From: an uncultured bacterium
GTDB taxonomy: Bacteria > Bacteroidota > Bacteroidia > Bacteroidales > Muribaculaceae
Length of the DNA stretch: 51,121 nucleotides
Reading direction: 5' to 3'
Assembly (NCBI GenBank): GCA_946184715.1
Contig: CAMHGU010000001.1
Coordinates: forward strand, 1-51,121
Shown here: positions 36,461-47,307 of the stretch, piece after piece
Numbering within the stretch: the stretch's first letter is position 1
Layout: each line of letters begins with the position of its first letter
The notes under the pieces: generated by a model
The model's database searches: none
The model's input: only the letters and a program-made list of their open reading frames with translations
What the model was told of the DNA's origin: nothing
Translations under genes and position numbers: made by a program

Positions 36461-39187
36461 ATGGCGTTGCCCTACATAGGATTGACCTTGGAGCAGGTGG
36501 CTGAGAGCCGCCGGCTTCACGGGGCTAATGTGCTTACGCAGCGCAGCCGCAAGTCGCTGTGGGAGCGATATGTGGAGAAGCTTTTCGGCGACAAGCTCAT
36601 AGTGATTCTCGAAGTGGCAGCGGTGCTGTCGGTGGTCATCGCGTTTGCCGAGTATTACGGCTGGGCGGGGCTGACCCCGCAAGGGCTGCGGGTCTTTGCC
36701 GAGCCGTGCGGTATTCTGCTGGCCATTCTGCTTGCCACGGGCATAGCTTTCTACTTTGAGGTTAAGGCCGATAAGGAGTTCTCGCTGCTGAGCCAAGCGC
36801 GCGACGACGAGAGCGTGAAGGCCGTGCGCGCCGGCCGCGTCACCACGATAGCGCGCCGCGAGGTGGTGGTGGGCGACATTGTGATCCTCGCCCCGGGCGA
36901 TGAGATACCGGCCGATGGCCACATCCTTCGCTCGTCGCAGCTGCTGGTTGATGAATCCACCCTCACCGGCGAGCTTCAGAGCCACAAAGGGCTCGACCTG
37001 CCCCACGAGCGCGAATCGACCTATCCACCTGACCACCTGCTGCGTGGCACCACGGTGATGGAGGGTAGGGCGACCTACGAAGTGACGGCCGTGGGCGATG
37101 CCACCGAAGACGGCAAGCTGATGCACGCTGCGGCTATCGATACCACGGTGGTGACACCCCTTAATAGCCAGCTCGACCGGCTCGGTAAGCGCATTGCCAA
37201 GTACAGCTATCTGCTTGCCGCTCTGATTTTCGTAGGCCGGCTTTTGACCTACTTGTTGCAAGCCGGAAGCGACATTGCCTCTGTTGACTTTGTCGATTAT
37301 ATGCTGCAATCGGTGATGATTGTGGTCACCTTCATCGTGATGGCAGTGCCTGAAGGGCTGCCCATGGCGGTGTCGCTGAGCCTTGCCTACTCAATGCGGC
37401 GGATGCTGAAACAGGGAAGCCTGATGCGCCGGCTCCACGCCTGCGAGACTATGGGCGCTGCCTCGGTGATTTGCACCGATAAGACCGGCACGCTCACCCA
37501 GAACCGTATGCAGGTGGCTGAGGCCGTCTTTTTCAATCGCGAAGTTACTGATGCCGATGGCATCATCGCCGAGAGTATGGCCGTCAACTCCACGGCCCAC
37601 CTGAGCGACCGCGTGGTGGGCAATCCCACCGAGGGAGCCTTGCTGCTGTGGCTGCGCGATGCCGGTGTAGATTATATGGCGGTGCGCGAGTCGGTCGTCA
37701 TTGAGGCCGAACTCCCGTTCTCCACCGAGCGCAAGATGATGGCAATGGCAGTGAAACGCCGCGACGGCACCCGCCGGCTCTACCTCAAGGGCGCGCCTGA
37801 GATAGTGCTCGACCTCTGCGCTGCCATAGATGGCAATGTGCCTAAACAGGAGGTGCTTATCGGCCTTGATAAGTGGCAGCGAAGCGGAATGCGCACCCTC
37901 GGTTTTGCCGTGGCTGAGCTTGCCGACGATGAGCAGCCTATCCGCGACAAGCAGCTGCAGGCCAAGCATCTGCACTTCGTAGGGTATGTGGCCATTAGCG
38001 ACCCCGTGCGCAGTGATGTGCCGGCCGCCGTGGCCGAATGTCGCGAAGCGGGAATCGACATAAAGATAATCACCGGCGACACCGTGGGCACCGCCACCGA
38101 GGTGGGCCGCTCTATCGGCATCATCGCTGCCGCCCCCGCCGCCGGACAGGTGGCTACCGGGCCCGACATTGCCGCGATGAGCGACGAAGAGCTGCAGCAA
38201 GCCGTCGCCGACCTGAAAATCATAGCCCGCGCGCGCCCGCTCGACAAACAGCGTGTGGTGGAAGCCTTGCAGCGACGTGGCGAGGTGGTGGCCGTCACCG
38301 GCGACGGTACCAACGACGCTCCCGCGCTTCGCGCCGCCCACGTGGGCCTCTCAATGGGCGACGGCACCGCCGTGGCCAAAGAAGCCTCTGATATCACCAT
38401 CCTCGACAACTCCTTCGCCAGCATCGCCACCGCCGTGATGTGGGGTCGCTCGCTCTATCGTAACATACAGCGCTTCCTCATTTTCCAGCTTACGGTCAAC
38501 GCCACCGCCTGCCTGGTGCTGCTCGCCGGTGCCGCGATGGGTATGCAGTCGCCGCTGACGGTGACGCAGATGCTCTGGATCAACCTGATAATGGATTCCT
38601 TTGCCGCCGTGGCGATGGCATCGCTGCCGCCGCAACGCTCCGTGATGAAGGAGAAGCCCCGCAGCCCGAAGGCCTCAATCGTTAATCGCTCGCTCGTCAA
38701 TGAGATTGTGCTCACTTCGGTAATTTTCCTTGCTGCTCTCTTGTCGCTGCAATTAGTGCTTGAGCATGGCACTGCGGTTACCTCATTTACGGGTGTGTTA
38801 AATATAGGTGTGATTAAATCGGCGTTGTCGATGGAATATCACATAATGGAACCGGTCGAACTCTCCATCTTCTTTACCTTCTTCGTGATGCTCCACTGGT
38901 GGAATATGCTGGCCGTAGGGCACTACGCTACCGCCAAAGGCGAGATGCCAATTAAGGAGTGGCGCTCCGTTAGAACCTTTATGATTATCTGGGGTATTAT
39001 CTTGATAGGGCAGCTGGTGATAGTGGAGCTGGGCGTTGACTTGTTTAATGTGAAGGATTTAGCTTTATGGAATGACTGGCTGCCCATCTTCGTCGTCACG
39101 GGAATCGTGGTGGCGCTGTCCTACCTTTTGCGCCGCCGGTTATGGAAAAAACAGCGCAAAGGCGATGCCCATCAGCCAAATAATTAG
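36461..39187 (+). CDS. P-type (type IIA/IIB-like) calcium-translocating ATPase
   Basis: Phosphorylation motif DKTGTLT (Asp codon at 37478). Also PEGLP in TM4, TGDGTNDAPAL, and 10 predicted TM helices. Length is about 908 aa from ATG 36461. Confidence 0.9.
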   Translation: MALPYIGLTLEQVAESRRLHGANVLTQRSRKSLWERYVEKLFGDKLIVILEVAAVLSVVIAFAEYYGWAGLTPQGLRVFAEPCGILLAILLATGIAFYFEVKADKEFSLLSQARDDESVKAVRAGRVTTIARREVVVGDIVILAPGDEIPADGHILRSSQLLVDESTLTGELQSHKGLDLPHERESTYPPDHLLRGTTVMEGRATYEVTAVGDATEDGKLMHAAAIDTTVVTPLNSQLDRLGKRIAKYSYLLAALIFVGRLLTYLLQAGSDIASVDFVDYMLQSVMIVVTFIVMAVPEGLPMAVSLSLAYSMRRMLKQGSLMRRLHACETMGAASVICTDKTGTLTQNRMQVAEAVFFNREVTDADGIIAESMAVNSTAHLSDRVVGNPTEGALLLWLRDAGVDYMAVRESVVIEAELPFSTERKMMAMAVKRRDGTRRLYLKGAPEIVLDLCAAIDGNVPKQEVLIGLDKWQRSGMRTLGFAVAELADDEQPIRDKQLQAKHLHFVGYVAISDPVRSDVPAAVAECREAGIDIKIITGDTVGTATEVGRSIGIIAAAPAAGQVATGPDIAAMSDEELQQAVADLKIIARARPLDKQRVVEALQRRGEVVAVTGDGTNDAPALRAAHVGLSMGDGTAVAKEASDITILDNSFASIATAVMWGRSLYRNIQRFLIFQLTVNATACLVLLAGAAMGMQSPLTVTQMLWINLIMDSFAAVAMASLPPQRSVMKEKPRSPKASIVNRSLVNEIVLTSVIFLAALLSLQLVLEHGTAVTSFTGVLNIGVIKSALSMEYHIMEPVELSIFFTFFVMLHWWNMLAVGHYATAKGEMPIKEWRSVRTFMIIWGIILIGQLVIVELGVDLFNVKDLALWNDWLPIFVVTGIVVALSYLLRRRLWKKQRKGDAHQPNN

Positions 39188-39254
39188 TAAATTAGCGGTT
39201 CGGAACAAACCGAAACCGGACCGAATAATGTAATACGCTTATTATCAAAGATAT

Positions 39255-40361
39255 ATGAGTAACAATAGAAAGATACGAGTGGGAATCACCCACGGCGACA
39301 TCAACGGCATAGGCTACGAGGTGATACTGCGCACTCTCGTTGCTCCGATTTGCGAGCTTTGCACCCCGGTGGTGTACGGCTCTTCGACTGTAGCCACTTA
39401 CTATCGCAAGGGAATGGAGCTTGAGCCGGTGAATTTCAAGCTGATAGCCAACGCCGCGCAAATCGTTGACGGTGCCAACAACCTTATCGAAGTGCTGCCG
39501 CCCACTGTCAAAGTGGAGCCGGGCGTGGAGAGCAGCGCTGCCGGCGAGGCCGCCTTTATCGCCCTCGAGCGCGCCGTGGCCGACCTCAAAGCCGGCTACA
39601 TCGACGTGCTCGTCACCGCGCCTATCAACAAGAAGACAATCCAGAGCGAGCAGTTCCGTTTCCCTGGCCACACCGAGTATCTGGCCGCCTCGCTCGGCGA
39701 GGGCGAGCAGCCGCTGATGATTCTTTTCAACGACGTGGTGCGTGTGGCTCTCGTCACCACTCATCTGCCGCTGGCCAAAGTGGCCGAGGCGATTACCAAA
39801 GAGGAGATAGTGGCCAAGCTCGAGCTTCTCGACCGCTCGCTGCGCTACGACTTCGGGCTTGAGCGCCCGCGCATCGCGGTGCTCTCGCTCAATCCGCACT
39901 CCGGCGACGGCGGCCTCCTCGGCCGCGAGGAGCAGGAGATTATCATTCCGGCTATCAACGAGGCGTGCGATGCCAAGCATCTGCTATGCTTCGGCCCCTA
40001 TGCCGCCGACGGCTTCTTCGGCAACCACCTCTACCGGAGCTTCGATGCCGTGCTCGCTATGTATCACGACCAAGGGCTCGCCCCGTTTAAGGCTATCGCG
40101 GGCGGCTCGGGCGTCAACTTCACCGCCGGACTGCCTTTCGTGCGCACCTCGCCCGACCACGGCACCGGATTCGACATTGCCAATAAAGGCCTCGCCGACC
40201 CCTCCTCGCTCCGCGAAGCCATCTACAAGGCTATCGACATCTACCGCAATCGCAAAGCCTACGAGGCCGACCACCGCAATCCGCTCACCAAGCAGTATGT
40301 GGATAAGGGTAAGGACAACGTGGTGCTCGACCTCACCAAGGTGGAGGAACCCGACCTGTAA
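39255..40361 (+). CDS. pdxA: 4-hydroxythreonine-4-phosphate dehydrogenase
   Basis: Motifs GDINGIGYEV, PGHTEYLA and RTSPDHGTGFDIA. Length is 368 aa. Confidence 0.85.
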   Translation: MSNNRKIRVGITHGDINGIGYEVILRTLVAPICELCTPVVYGSSTVATYYRKGMELEPVNFKLIANAAQIVDGANNLIEVLPPTVKVEPGVESSAAGEAAFIALERAVADLKAGYIDVLVTAPINKKTIQSEQFRFPGHTEYLAASLGEGEQPLMILFNDVVRVALVTTHLPLAKVAEAITKEEIVAKLELLDRSLRYDFGLERPRIAVLSLNPHSGDGGLLGREEQEIIIPAINEACDAKHLLCFGPYAADGFFGNHLYRSFDAVLAMYHDQGLAPFKAIAGGSGVNFTAGLPFVRTSPDHGTGFDIANKGLADPSSLREAIYKAIDIYRNRKAYEADHRNPLTKQYVDKGKDNVVLDLTKVEEPDL

Positions 40362-40397
40362 CGTCCCTGTAGTCACCCCTGTAACCTTCAATCTATT

Positions 40398-41099
40398 ATG
40401 AATTACGCTATCATAGCCGCCGGCGAGGGCTCGCGCCTCGCTCAAGAGGGAGTGGCGCTCCCTAAGCCGCTGGTTCGTCTCAATGGCGAGCCGATGATTC
40501 AGCGCCTGATGAATATATTTATGCGCTGCAATGCCGAGAGCATCAGCCTTATCGTCAATGAGCAGATGACCGAGGTGCAGCAGTTTGTGGAACAGGTCAA
40601 AGCCGACTATCCGCTCCGCGTGGTGGTTAAATCCACCCCGAGTAGTATGCACAGCTTCTTCGAGCTGAGCAAGATAATGCCCGAGGGAAAATTCTGCCTT
40701 ACCACCGTCGATACCATATTCCGTGAGCCCGACTTCGCAGCTTACATCAAAGCCTTTGAAGAGGCCGGCGACGATTGCGATGGCCTTATGGCCGTGACCC
40801 CCTTCATCGACGATGAGAAACCGCTCTACGTGGCCACTGATGACCATCTCAACATCACCGCCTTCTGCGACACGGCTTTCGAGGGTGTGAAGTATATCTC
40901 GGGTGGCATCTATGCCCTCAATCAGCGGGCCGTGGCGGTGCTCCGCGACTGTATGGAGCAGGGCGTGGCGCGAATGCGCAATTTCCAGCGCGCCCTCGTG
41001 GCTGCCGGCCTCAACCTTCGCGCTTACCCCATCGAGAAGATTATCGACGTGGACCATGCCGCCGATATCGAAACGGCGCAGCGCTTTATCAATGAGTGA
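40398..41099 (+). CDS. NTP-transferase-domain protein (candidate inositol-phosphate cytidylyltransferase)
   Basis: Nucleotidyltransferase signature AIIAAGEGSRL..PKPLV. Length is 233 aa. The functional guess rests on context with the CDP-alcohol transferase and MIPS genes. Confidence 0.7.
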   Translation: MNYAIIAAGEGSRLAQEGVALPKPLVRLNGEPMIQRLMNIFMRCNAESISLIVNEQMTEVQQFVEQVKADYPLRVVVKSTPSSMHSFFELSKIMPEGKFCLTTVDTIFREPDFAAYIKAFEEAGDDCDGLMAVTPFIDDEKPLYVATDDHLNITAFCDTAFEGVKYISGGIYALNQRAVAVLRDCMEQGVARMRNFQRALVAAGLNLRAYPIEKIIDVDHAADIETAQRFINE

Positions 41100-41123
41100 A
41101 ATATTTAATCAAATCAATCCGAT

Positions 41124-41993
41124 ATGTCAGATATAGTAATAGCAGGCGTGATGAGGGCCGGAGCCTTCTCGCCCAATCACATAGGTAACGACGCCGCTAT
41201 CTTCAACGCCACCGCCGAGCAGCTCCGCAAGCGTGGCTGCGAAGTGAATGTATATAGCGAGGAACAGCTCGCCCGCGGCGAGGTGACCGAGCCGATAATC
41301 CTGAATATGTGTCGCGAGCAGAGCAGCATCCACCTCTTGCAAAAGTATGAGGACGAGGGCCGCCTGGTCATCAACTCGGGCTACGGCATCGAGAACTGCA
41401 CGCGCGAGCGAATGACGCGTATCCTCATCGGCAACGGTATCCCGTACCCCGAGAGCCTGATGGTCAACACCAACGAGGCCGTAAAACCCGCCCTTAAGAA
41501 GGCCGGCATCGCCTCCTGCTGGATCAAGCGCGGCGACTTCCACGCCCAGCACCGCGAGGACGTGACCTACTGCCGCAATATCGACGAGGCGCAAGAGACC
41601 CTCCAAGAGTTCTTCTATCGCGGCATCAAGCGCGCCGTCATCAATCGTCACCTCGTGGGCGACCTTGTCAAGTTCTACGGAGTGGTGGGCCAGCCCTATT
41701 TCTTCTGGTTCTATCCCTTCGATGAGGGCCACAGCAAATACGGCTACGAGGCCATCAACGGCAAGAGCCAGGGTCTGGAGTTCGACCCGAAGCGCCTCAA
41801 GGCCATCTGCGCCGACGCGGCCGACGCACTCGACATCAAGATTTACGGCGGCGACTGCATCATCGACGACCAAGGCAATATCAGCATCATCGACTTCAAC
41901 GACTGGCCCAGCTTCGCCCCCTGCCGCAACGAGGCCGCTCCTTACATCGCTAAAGGGGTGCTGGCGCTCATCAAGCAGTTCAAAGACCTTTAA
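41124..41993 (+). CDS. ATP-grasp-like protein (possible inositol-phosphate-kinase-like fold)
   Basis: 289 aa. The C-terminal IIDFNDWPSF resembles the Mg-binding D-x-N..P segment of ATP-grasp enzymes. The Asp form recalls the IDINxFPGY motif of ITPK-type kinases (from memory). Confidence 0.5.
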   Translation: MSDIVIAGVMRAGAFSPNHIGNDAAIFNATAEQLRKRGCEVNVYSEEQLARGEVTEPIILNMCREQSSIHLLQKYEDEGRLVINSGYGIENCTRERMTRILIGNGIPYPESLMVNTNEAVKPALKKAGIASCWIKRGDFHAQHREDVTYCRNIDEAQETLQEFFYRGIKRAVINRHLVGDLVKFYGVVGQPYFFWFYPFDEGHSKYGYEAINGKSQGLEFDPKRLKAICADAADALDIKIYGGDCIIDDQGNISIIDFNDWPSFAPCRNEAAPYIAKGVLALIKQFKDL

Positions 41994-42014
41994 CCTCAAT
42001 AACCATCCCCCGCA

Positions 42015-42971
42015 ATGAGTCTGAAATCTTTGCGCGACGAATATCGCGCCACTCTCAAATCGAAAGATACCGAGGAGACCATCGACCTCCTCTTTTACCG
42101 CCCCATAGGTTTCGCGTGGGCCAAGCTCTGCGCTGCCGTGGGCATCACTCCTAATGTCATCACCATTGCCTCTATATTTATAGGTGTGGCAGCCGGCGTG
42201 ATGTTCTACTTCGACAACCTGTGGTACAACGTCATCGGTATGCTACTGCTGATATGGGCCAACTCGTTCGACAGCGCCGACGGCCAGCTCGCGCGTATGA
42301 CCAAGCAGTATTCGCGCCTCGGGCGTATCCTCGACGGCGTCAGCGGCGACCTATGGTTTGTCACCATCTACTTCGCCATCTGCTTCCGTATGATTCAGTG
42401 TGTCAACGACCCGCTCGTTGGCGACCTCTTCGTGCAGCACCACTGGATTATCTGGACCATCGCCATCGTAGCCGGAATATGCCACGCCAAGCAAGCCGCT
42501 ATGGCCGACTACTATCGCCAGTTCCATCTCTACTTCCTCAAGGGGAAAGAGGGTAGCGAGCTTGAGCGCGTGGAGCTGCTCGACGCCAAGCTGAGCCGTA
42601 TGAGCTGGCGTAAGGAGTTCGGCGCCAAGTTGGTGCTCTTCTTCTACCGTAACTACACTGCCAATCAGGAGAGTATGACCCCCGCAATGCAGACCTTCCG
42701 CCGTGAGCTCCGCGAGCGCTACGGCGAAGAACTGCCCCAAGAGCTTCGCGACGACTTCCGCCGCGCAAGCCTCCCGCTGATGAAGTACACCAACTGGCTG
42801 TCGTTCAATATGCGCACCATCACGCTCTTCATCGCCCTCTTCTGCCGCGTGCCCTGGTGCTACTTCGTGGCCGAAATCGTAATTTTCAACGCTCTCCTTA
42901 TATATATGTGGCGGCGCCACGAGGCTATCTGCCGTCGGTTTATCAACTCTATTAAGCAGCAAGCAGTATGA
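42015..42971 (+). CDS. CDP-alcohol phosphatidyltransferase family membrane protein
   Basis: Signature DSADGQLAR-x8-GRILDGVSGD starts at nt 42270. It matches D-x2-DG-x2-AR-x8-G-x3-D but has a one-residue shift before the last Asp. Multiple TM helices. Confidence 0.85.
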   Translation: MSLKSLRDEYRATLKSKDTEETIDLLFYRPIGFAWAKLCAAVGITPNVITIASIFIGVAAGVMFYFDNLWYNVIGMLLLIWANSFDSADGQLARMTKQYSRLGRILDGVSGDLWFVTIYFAICFRMIQCVNDPLVGDLFVQHHWIIWTIAIVAGICHAKQAAMADYYRQFHLYFLKGKEGSELERVELLDAKLSRMSWRKEFGAKLVLFFYRNYTANQESMTPAMQTFRRELRERYGEELPQELRDDFRRASLPLMKYTNWLSFNMRTITLFIALFCRVPWCYFVAEIVIFNALLIYMWRRHEAICRRFINSIKQQAV

Positions 42972-43678
42972 TCAAAGGGCTTATCTTCGACTACGGCGGC
43001 ACACTCGACAGCCGCGGTATCCACTGGAGCGAGGTGATTTGGGACGGATACCGCGAGGCCGCGGTGCCGGTCACCAAGGAGCAATTTCGCGAGGCGTATG
43101 TATATGGCGAGCGTGAACTGGCGCGCACTCGCCACATCTTGCCTCACCACACCTTCCGCGACCTCCTCGACATCAAGATGCGCATCGAATTGCGCTACCT
43201 TGCCGAGCAGGGGCTGTTCACCGTTCGTCAAGCCGACCAGTGGGTACCCGTCATTGCCGGATATTGCTACCGCTTCGCCAAGAACTGCGTGGAAGAGGCG
43301 CGTATGGTCCTCGCCTTATTATATAATGAGTACCCGATAGTGCTCGTCAGCAATTTCTACGGCAACATCGAAGCCGTGCTCAACGATTTCGGCATCGCCA
43401 AGTACTTCGATAAGATTGTGGAGAGCGCCGTGGTGGGCGTGCGCAAGCCCGACCCGCAGATTTTCACCCTCGGCGTCGAGGCCCTCGGCCTTAAGCCCGA
43501 CGAGGTGCTCGTGGTGGGCGACAGCTACACCAAGGACATCGAGCCGGCCCTCAAAGCCGGGTGCCACGCCGTGTGGCTAAAGGGCAAAGGCTGGACCGAT
43601 AAGGAGGACGCAATAGAGTATCCTCACACTATCCGAAAATTGGGCGAATTGCTCGATAGCAGCATTTTGAAAAATTAA
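42968..43678 (+). CDS. HAD-superfamily hydrolase (subfamily IA-like)
   Basis: ATGA overlap with the upstream gene. Motif I is FDYGGTLD, motif II LVSNF, motif III the Lys in VRKPD, and motif IV VGDSYTKDI. Confidence 0.8.
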   Translation: MIKGLIFDYGGTLDSRGIHWSEVIWDGYREAAVPVTKEQFREAYVYGERELARTRHILPHHTFRDLLDIKMRIELRYLAEQGLFTVRQADQWVPVIAGYCYRFAKNCVEEARMVLALLYNEYPIVLVSNFYGNIEAVLNDFGIAKYFDKIVESAVVGVRKPDPQIFTLGVEALGLKPDEVLVVGDSYTKDIEPALKAGCHAVWLKGKGWTDKEDAIEYPHTIRKLGELLDSSILKN

Positions 43679-43724
43679 CAAAATTGCGCTGAAATCGGTC
43701 AAATTTAACGGCAATTAACTAAAA

Positions 43725-43769
43725 CGGCTCGAATTTTACAATAAATAACTATTCGAGCCGCATTTTTTT
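43725..43769 (+). terminator. Rho-independent terminator after the HAD gene
   Basis: CGGCTCGAAT (43725-43734) pairs with ATTCGAGCCG (43751-43760), followed by CATTTTTTT. Confidence 0.8.
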
Positions 43770-43780
43770 CCTCTTTTAAT

Positions 43781-43810
43781 TTTGTATGTGAAAAAATGGC
43801 AGTACTTTTA
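43781..43810 (+). promoter_or_regulatory. Candidate promoter for the MIPS gene (TTTG-18 nt-TACTTTTA)
   Basis: -33 TTTG at 43781-43784. The -7-like TACTTTTA at 43803-43810 has A instead of G in the last position. Confidence 0.35.
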
Positions 43811-43914
43811 CACCGTTTTTCGCAAAGCCACCCGGTTGGGCCGCTAAATGGAGCGAAAAGCACAACAAACCGAACGTGAAACAATAGAATTGTAAATAAC
43901 CTTTAATTAAAATT

Positions 43915-45204
<1,290 letters not shown>

Positions 45205-45247
45205 TCGCGCTACCGCGACTCCATAAGTCTAAGAATAGCATTTCCTC

Positions 45248-45290
45248 AAGCGGGTGGGCTACCGATAAGTGGCTCCCCCGCTTGCTTTTT
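45248..45290 (+). terminator. Terminator after MIPS
   Basis: Imperfect GC hairpin AGCGGGTGGGC...GCTCCCCCGCT followed by TGCTTTTT. Confidence 0.55.
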
Positions 45291-45337
45291 CGCAAGTGAT
45301 GGCCTGCCGCCCTATTGCCCGCCTGCAAATAATTGGC

Positions 45338-45345
45338 TATCTTTG
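45338..45345 (+). promoter_or_regulatory. Candidate -7 box (TATCTTTG)
   Basis: Exact TAnnTTTG match. A partial -33 (ATTG ending at 45317) lies 20 nt upstream. ATG 45366 is 20 nt downstream. Confidence 0.35.
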
Positions 45346-45365
45346 CCATATATTGACGATAAGAT

Positions 45366-46097
45366 ATGAAGCACTACAATCTGTTTCTCGCCATTCTGGC
45401 CGCGCTCTTTGTGGCTATGGTGTGCAGCGCCGGCCGGCCTGCCGGCGCCACGGTGGCCTCAGCTCCGGCGGTTGATACCTTTACTTACAACCTGCCGTGC
45501 CAGGTTATCAATATCCATTCGGAGCTGCCGGGCAAGGCGATTTTGCTGCTCTGGCTGCACGGCGGGGTGCGCCACCGCGCCATTCACAGCTATTTCACTC
45601 ATCCCAACCATTGGGACAACTGCGCGGCCGACGACTCTATCGTCAACTACCTCAACTCTCACAATATCAAGGCCGTGGCTCTGTTGCCTATGTGCCACCG
45701 CGCCGATGCCGAAGGGTGCATCGCTTGGCGCGACTGCTATGCCGATGTGAAGGTGATGATTGATGAGTACGTCAGCCGTGGGCTCGTCGATCCCGCGCGC
45801 ATCTACCTCGCCGGCTCCTCCGACGGCGGCCGCGGTGCCTGGGACTATGCCGCGGAGCACCCTGAGATGTTTGCCGCCGCTATTTCAATGTCGTGCGAAG
45901 AGCCACGCATGGTGTCGATTCCGGTCTATTTCTTTAGCACTGCCGCCGAGGGCGATTGCTCCGGGCAGGTGGCCGTGCTTCAAGCTCAAGGCGCCACTAT
46001 CGTGGAGTACGAATACTGCCGGGAGATGGGTCACGGCGGCGATGCCGCACGTTGCACCCCACAGTTGCTCGACCGCTTCTTCGCCCACCGCAAGTGA
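45366..46097 (+). CDS. Secreted alpha/beta-hydrolase-fold esterase
   Basis: Signal peptide, LLLWLHGG oxyanion-type segment, nucleophile elbow GSSDG (YLAGSSDGG), and a late GHGG His. Length is 243 aa. Confidence 0.65.
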   Translation: MKHYNLFLAILAALFVAMVCSAGRPAGATVASAPAVDTFTYNLPCQVINIHSELPGKAILLLWLHGGVRHRAIHSYFTHPNHWDNCAADDSIVNYLNSHNIKAVALLPMCHRADAEGCIAWRDCYADVKVMIDEYVSRGLVDPARIYLAGSSDGGRGAWDYAAEHPEMFAAAISMSCEEPRMVSIPVYFFSTAAEGDCSGQVAVLQAQGATIVEYEYCREMGHGGDAARCTPQLLDRFFAHRK

Positions 46098-46118
46098 GGT
46101 GATATTCGGCTGCCACAT

Positions 46119-47120
46119 TTGCAAGTGCCGCTGCTGTGTGCTACCTTTGCGGTTGTGAACGACATCGACAGAAAATACGGCGCTATCGACGTGGCGAAGT
46201 TTCTCCTCGCCGCCACTGTGGCTATCGAGCATTGCAACCCCGATTTCCCCAACCCTTTCGGGAAATGGGTGCAGTGGACGGTGTTCACGCTTGCCGTGCC
46301 TTTCTTCTTCGTGGCTGTAGGGTTCTTCCTGCAGAGGTCGCTCGCGGCTGAAGGGGCCGACGCGCAGGCGGTGCTGCGCCGTCGTTTTGTCCGTGCGGCC
46401 CGGATGATGCTCACCTGGCTCGCGGTGTATCTGCCACTGGCCGTCGTTGACGCTTGGCTCAACGACGTTCCGTGGACTCGCGACCTCACTTCCTATATAT
46501 TTAATGTGGTAATCCACGGTGAGCCCACCTGGGGCTGGCCGCTGTGGTTTGTATATGCTATGATGATAGGCGTAGGGCTGGTGTGGCTGTGGCACACGCG
46601 CCGATGGCCTATGATTTGGCTTTGGCTCCTTGGCATCACGACCGCTCTATATGCCGGTTGCTATGTACCATTACGGCTCTCCGACCTCTTTGGCGAAAGG
46701 ATGGGGTACTACCTACTGCTGGTCAGCGGCCACACTCTCTATGGCCTGCTGCCTATCCTCCTCGGTATGTGGCTGTTCGGGCAACAGGAGCGAAATGTGC
46801 CGGCGTGGGTGCCGGCTTTGGCGCTTGTGGCTCTGGCGCCGCTGGCCTTCAAGCGCATTCCGCTTGCCGCTGTGGCTGAGAGTGTAGCGCTGTTCTATTG
46901 CGCACTTCGTCTTCGCCTGCCCAATTCGCGCGTGACCGACCTGCTGCGCCGCCTGAGCCGATGGGTGTACTTCGTCCACATCATCTTTGTGTTCATCGCC
47001 GCGCAGCTCGCCGTGGCCGGATTGATGCCCGCGCTGAGCAATACCCTCACGATGCTCGCCATCGTGACGGCTACGCTGGTGGCCGCAATCGCGCTCGATG
47101 TCATCACCGCAAGAAGGTGA
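46119..47120 (+). CDS. Acyltransferase-family integral membrane protein
   Basis: About 10 TM helices. The N-terminal DVAKFLLAATVAIEH resembles the first conserved helix of acyltransferase_3 proteins. There is no ATG near the 5' end: the listed start is TTG, and GTG 46155 is an alternative. Confidence 0.6.
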   Translation: MQVPLLCATFAVVNDIDRKYGAIDVAKFLLAATVAIEHCNPDFPNPFGKWVQWTVFTLAVPFFFVAVGFFLQRSLAAEGADAQAVLRRRFVRAARMMLTWLAVYLPLAVVDAWLNDVPWTRDLTSYIFNVVIHGEPTWGWPLWFVYAMMIGVGLVWLWHTRRWPMIWLWLLGITTALYAGCYVPLRLSDLFGERMGYYLLLVSGHTLYGLLPILLGMWLFGQQERNVPAWVPALALVALAPLAFKRIPLAAVAESVALFYCALRLRLPNSRVTDLLRRLSRWVYFVHIIFVFIAAQLAVAGLMPALSNTLTMLAIVTATLVAAIALDVITARR

Positions 47121-47222
47121 CCGCGCGGTCGAGCCCATGGCTCTTCAGCCGTGATTATCACTCGATTATTGTCATTAATCTATAATTTTCAAGCCGAGGT
47201 TGCTTGATTGACGGAAAATAAG

Positions 47223-47230
47223 TATCTTTG
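47223..47230 (+). promoter_or_regulatory. Candidate -7 box (TATCTTTG) upstream of wzc-like gene
   Basis: Exact TAnnTTTG match. A partial -33 (GTTG ending at 47202) lies 20 nt upstream. Confidence 0.35.
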
Positions 47231-47307
47231 CAAGTTGGAATGTAATATGTCAACAGTCCGTATATAGAATAAACCGTTTAGATATAAAACTGTCAAGATA
47301 AGTCGCT

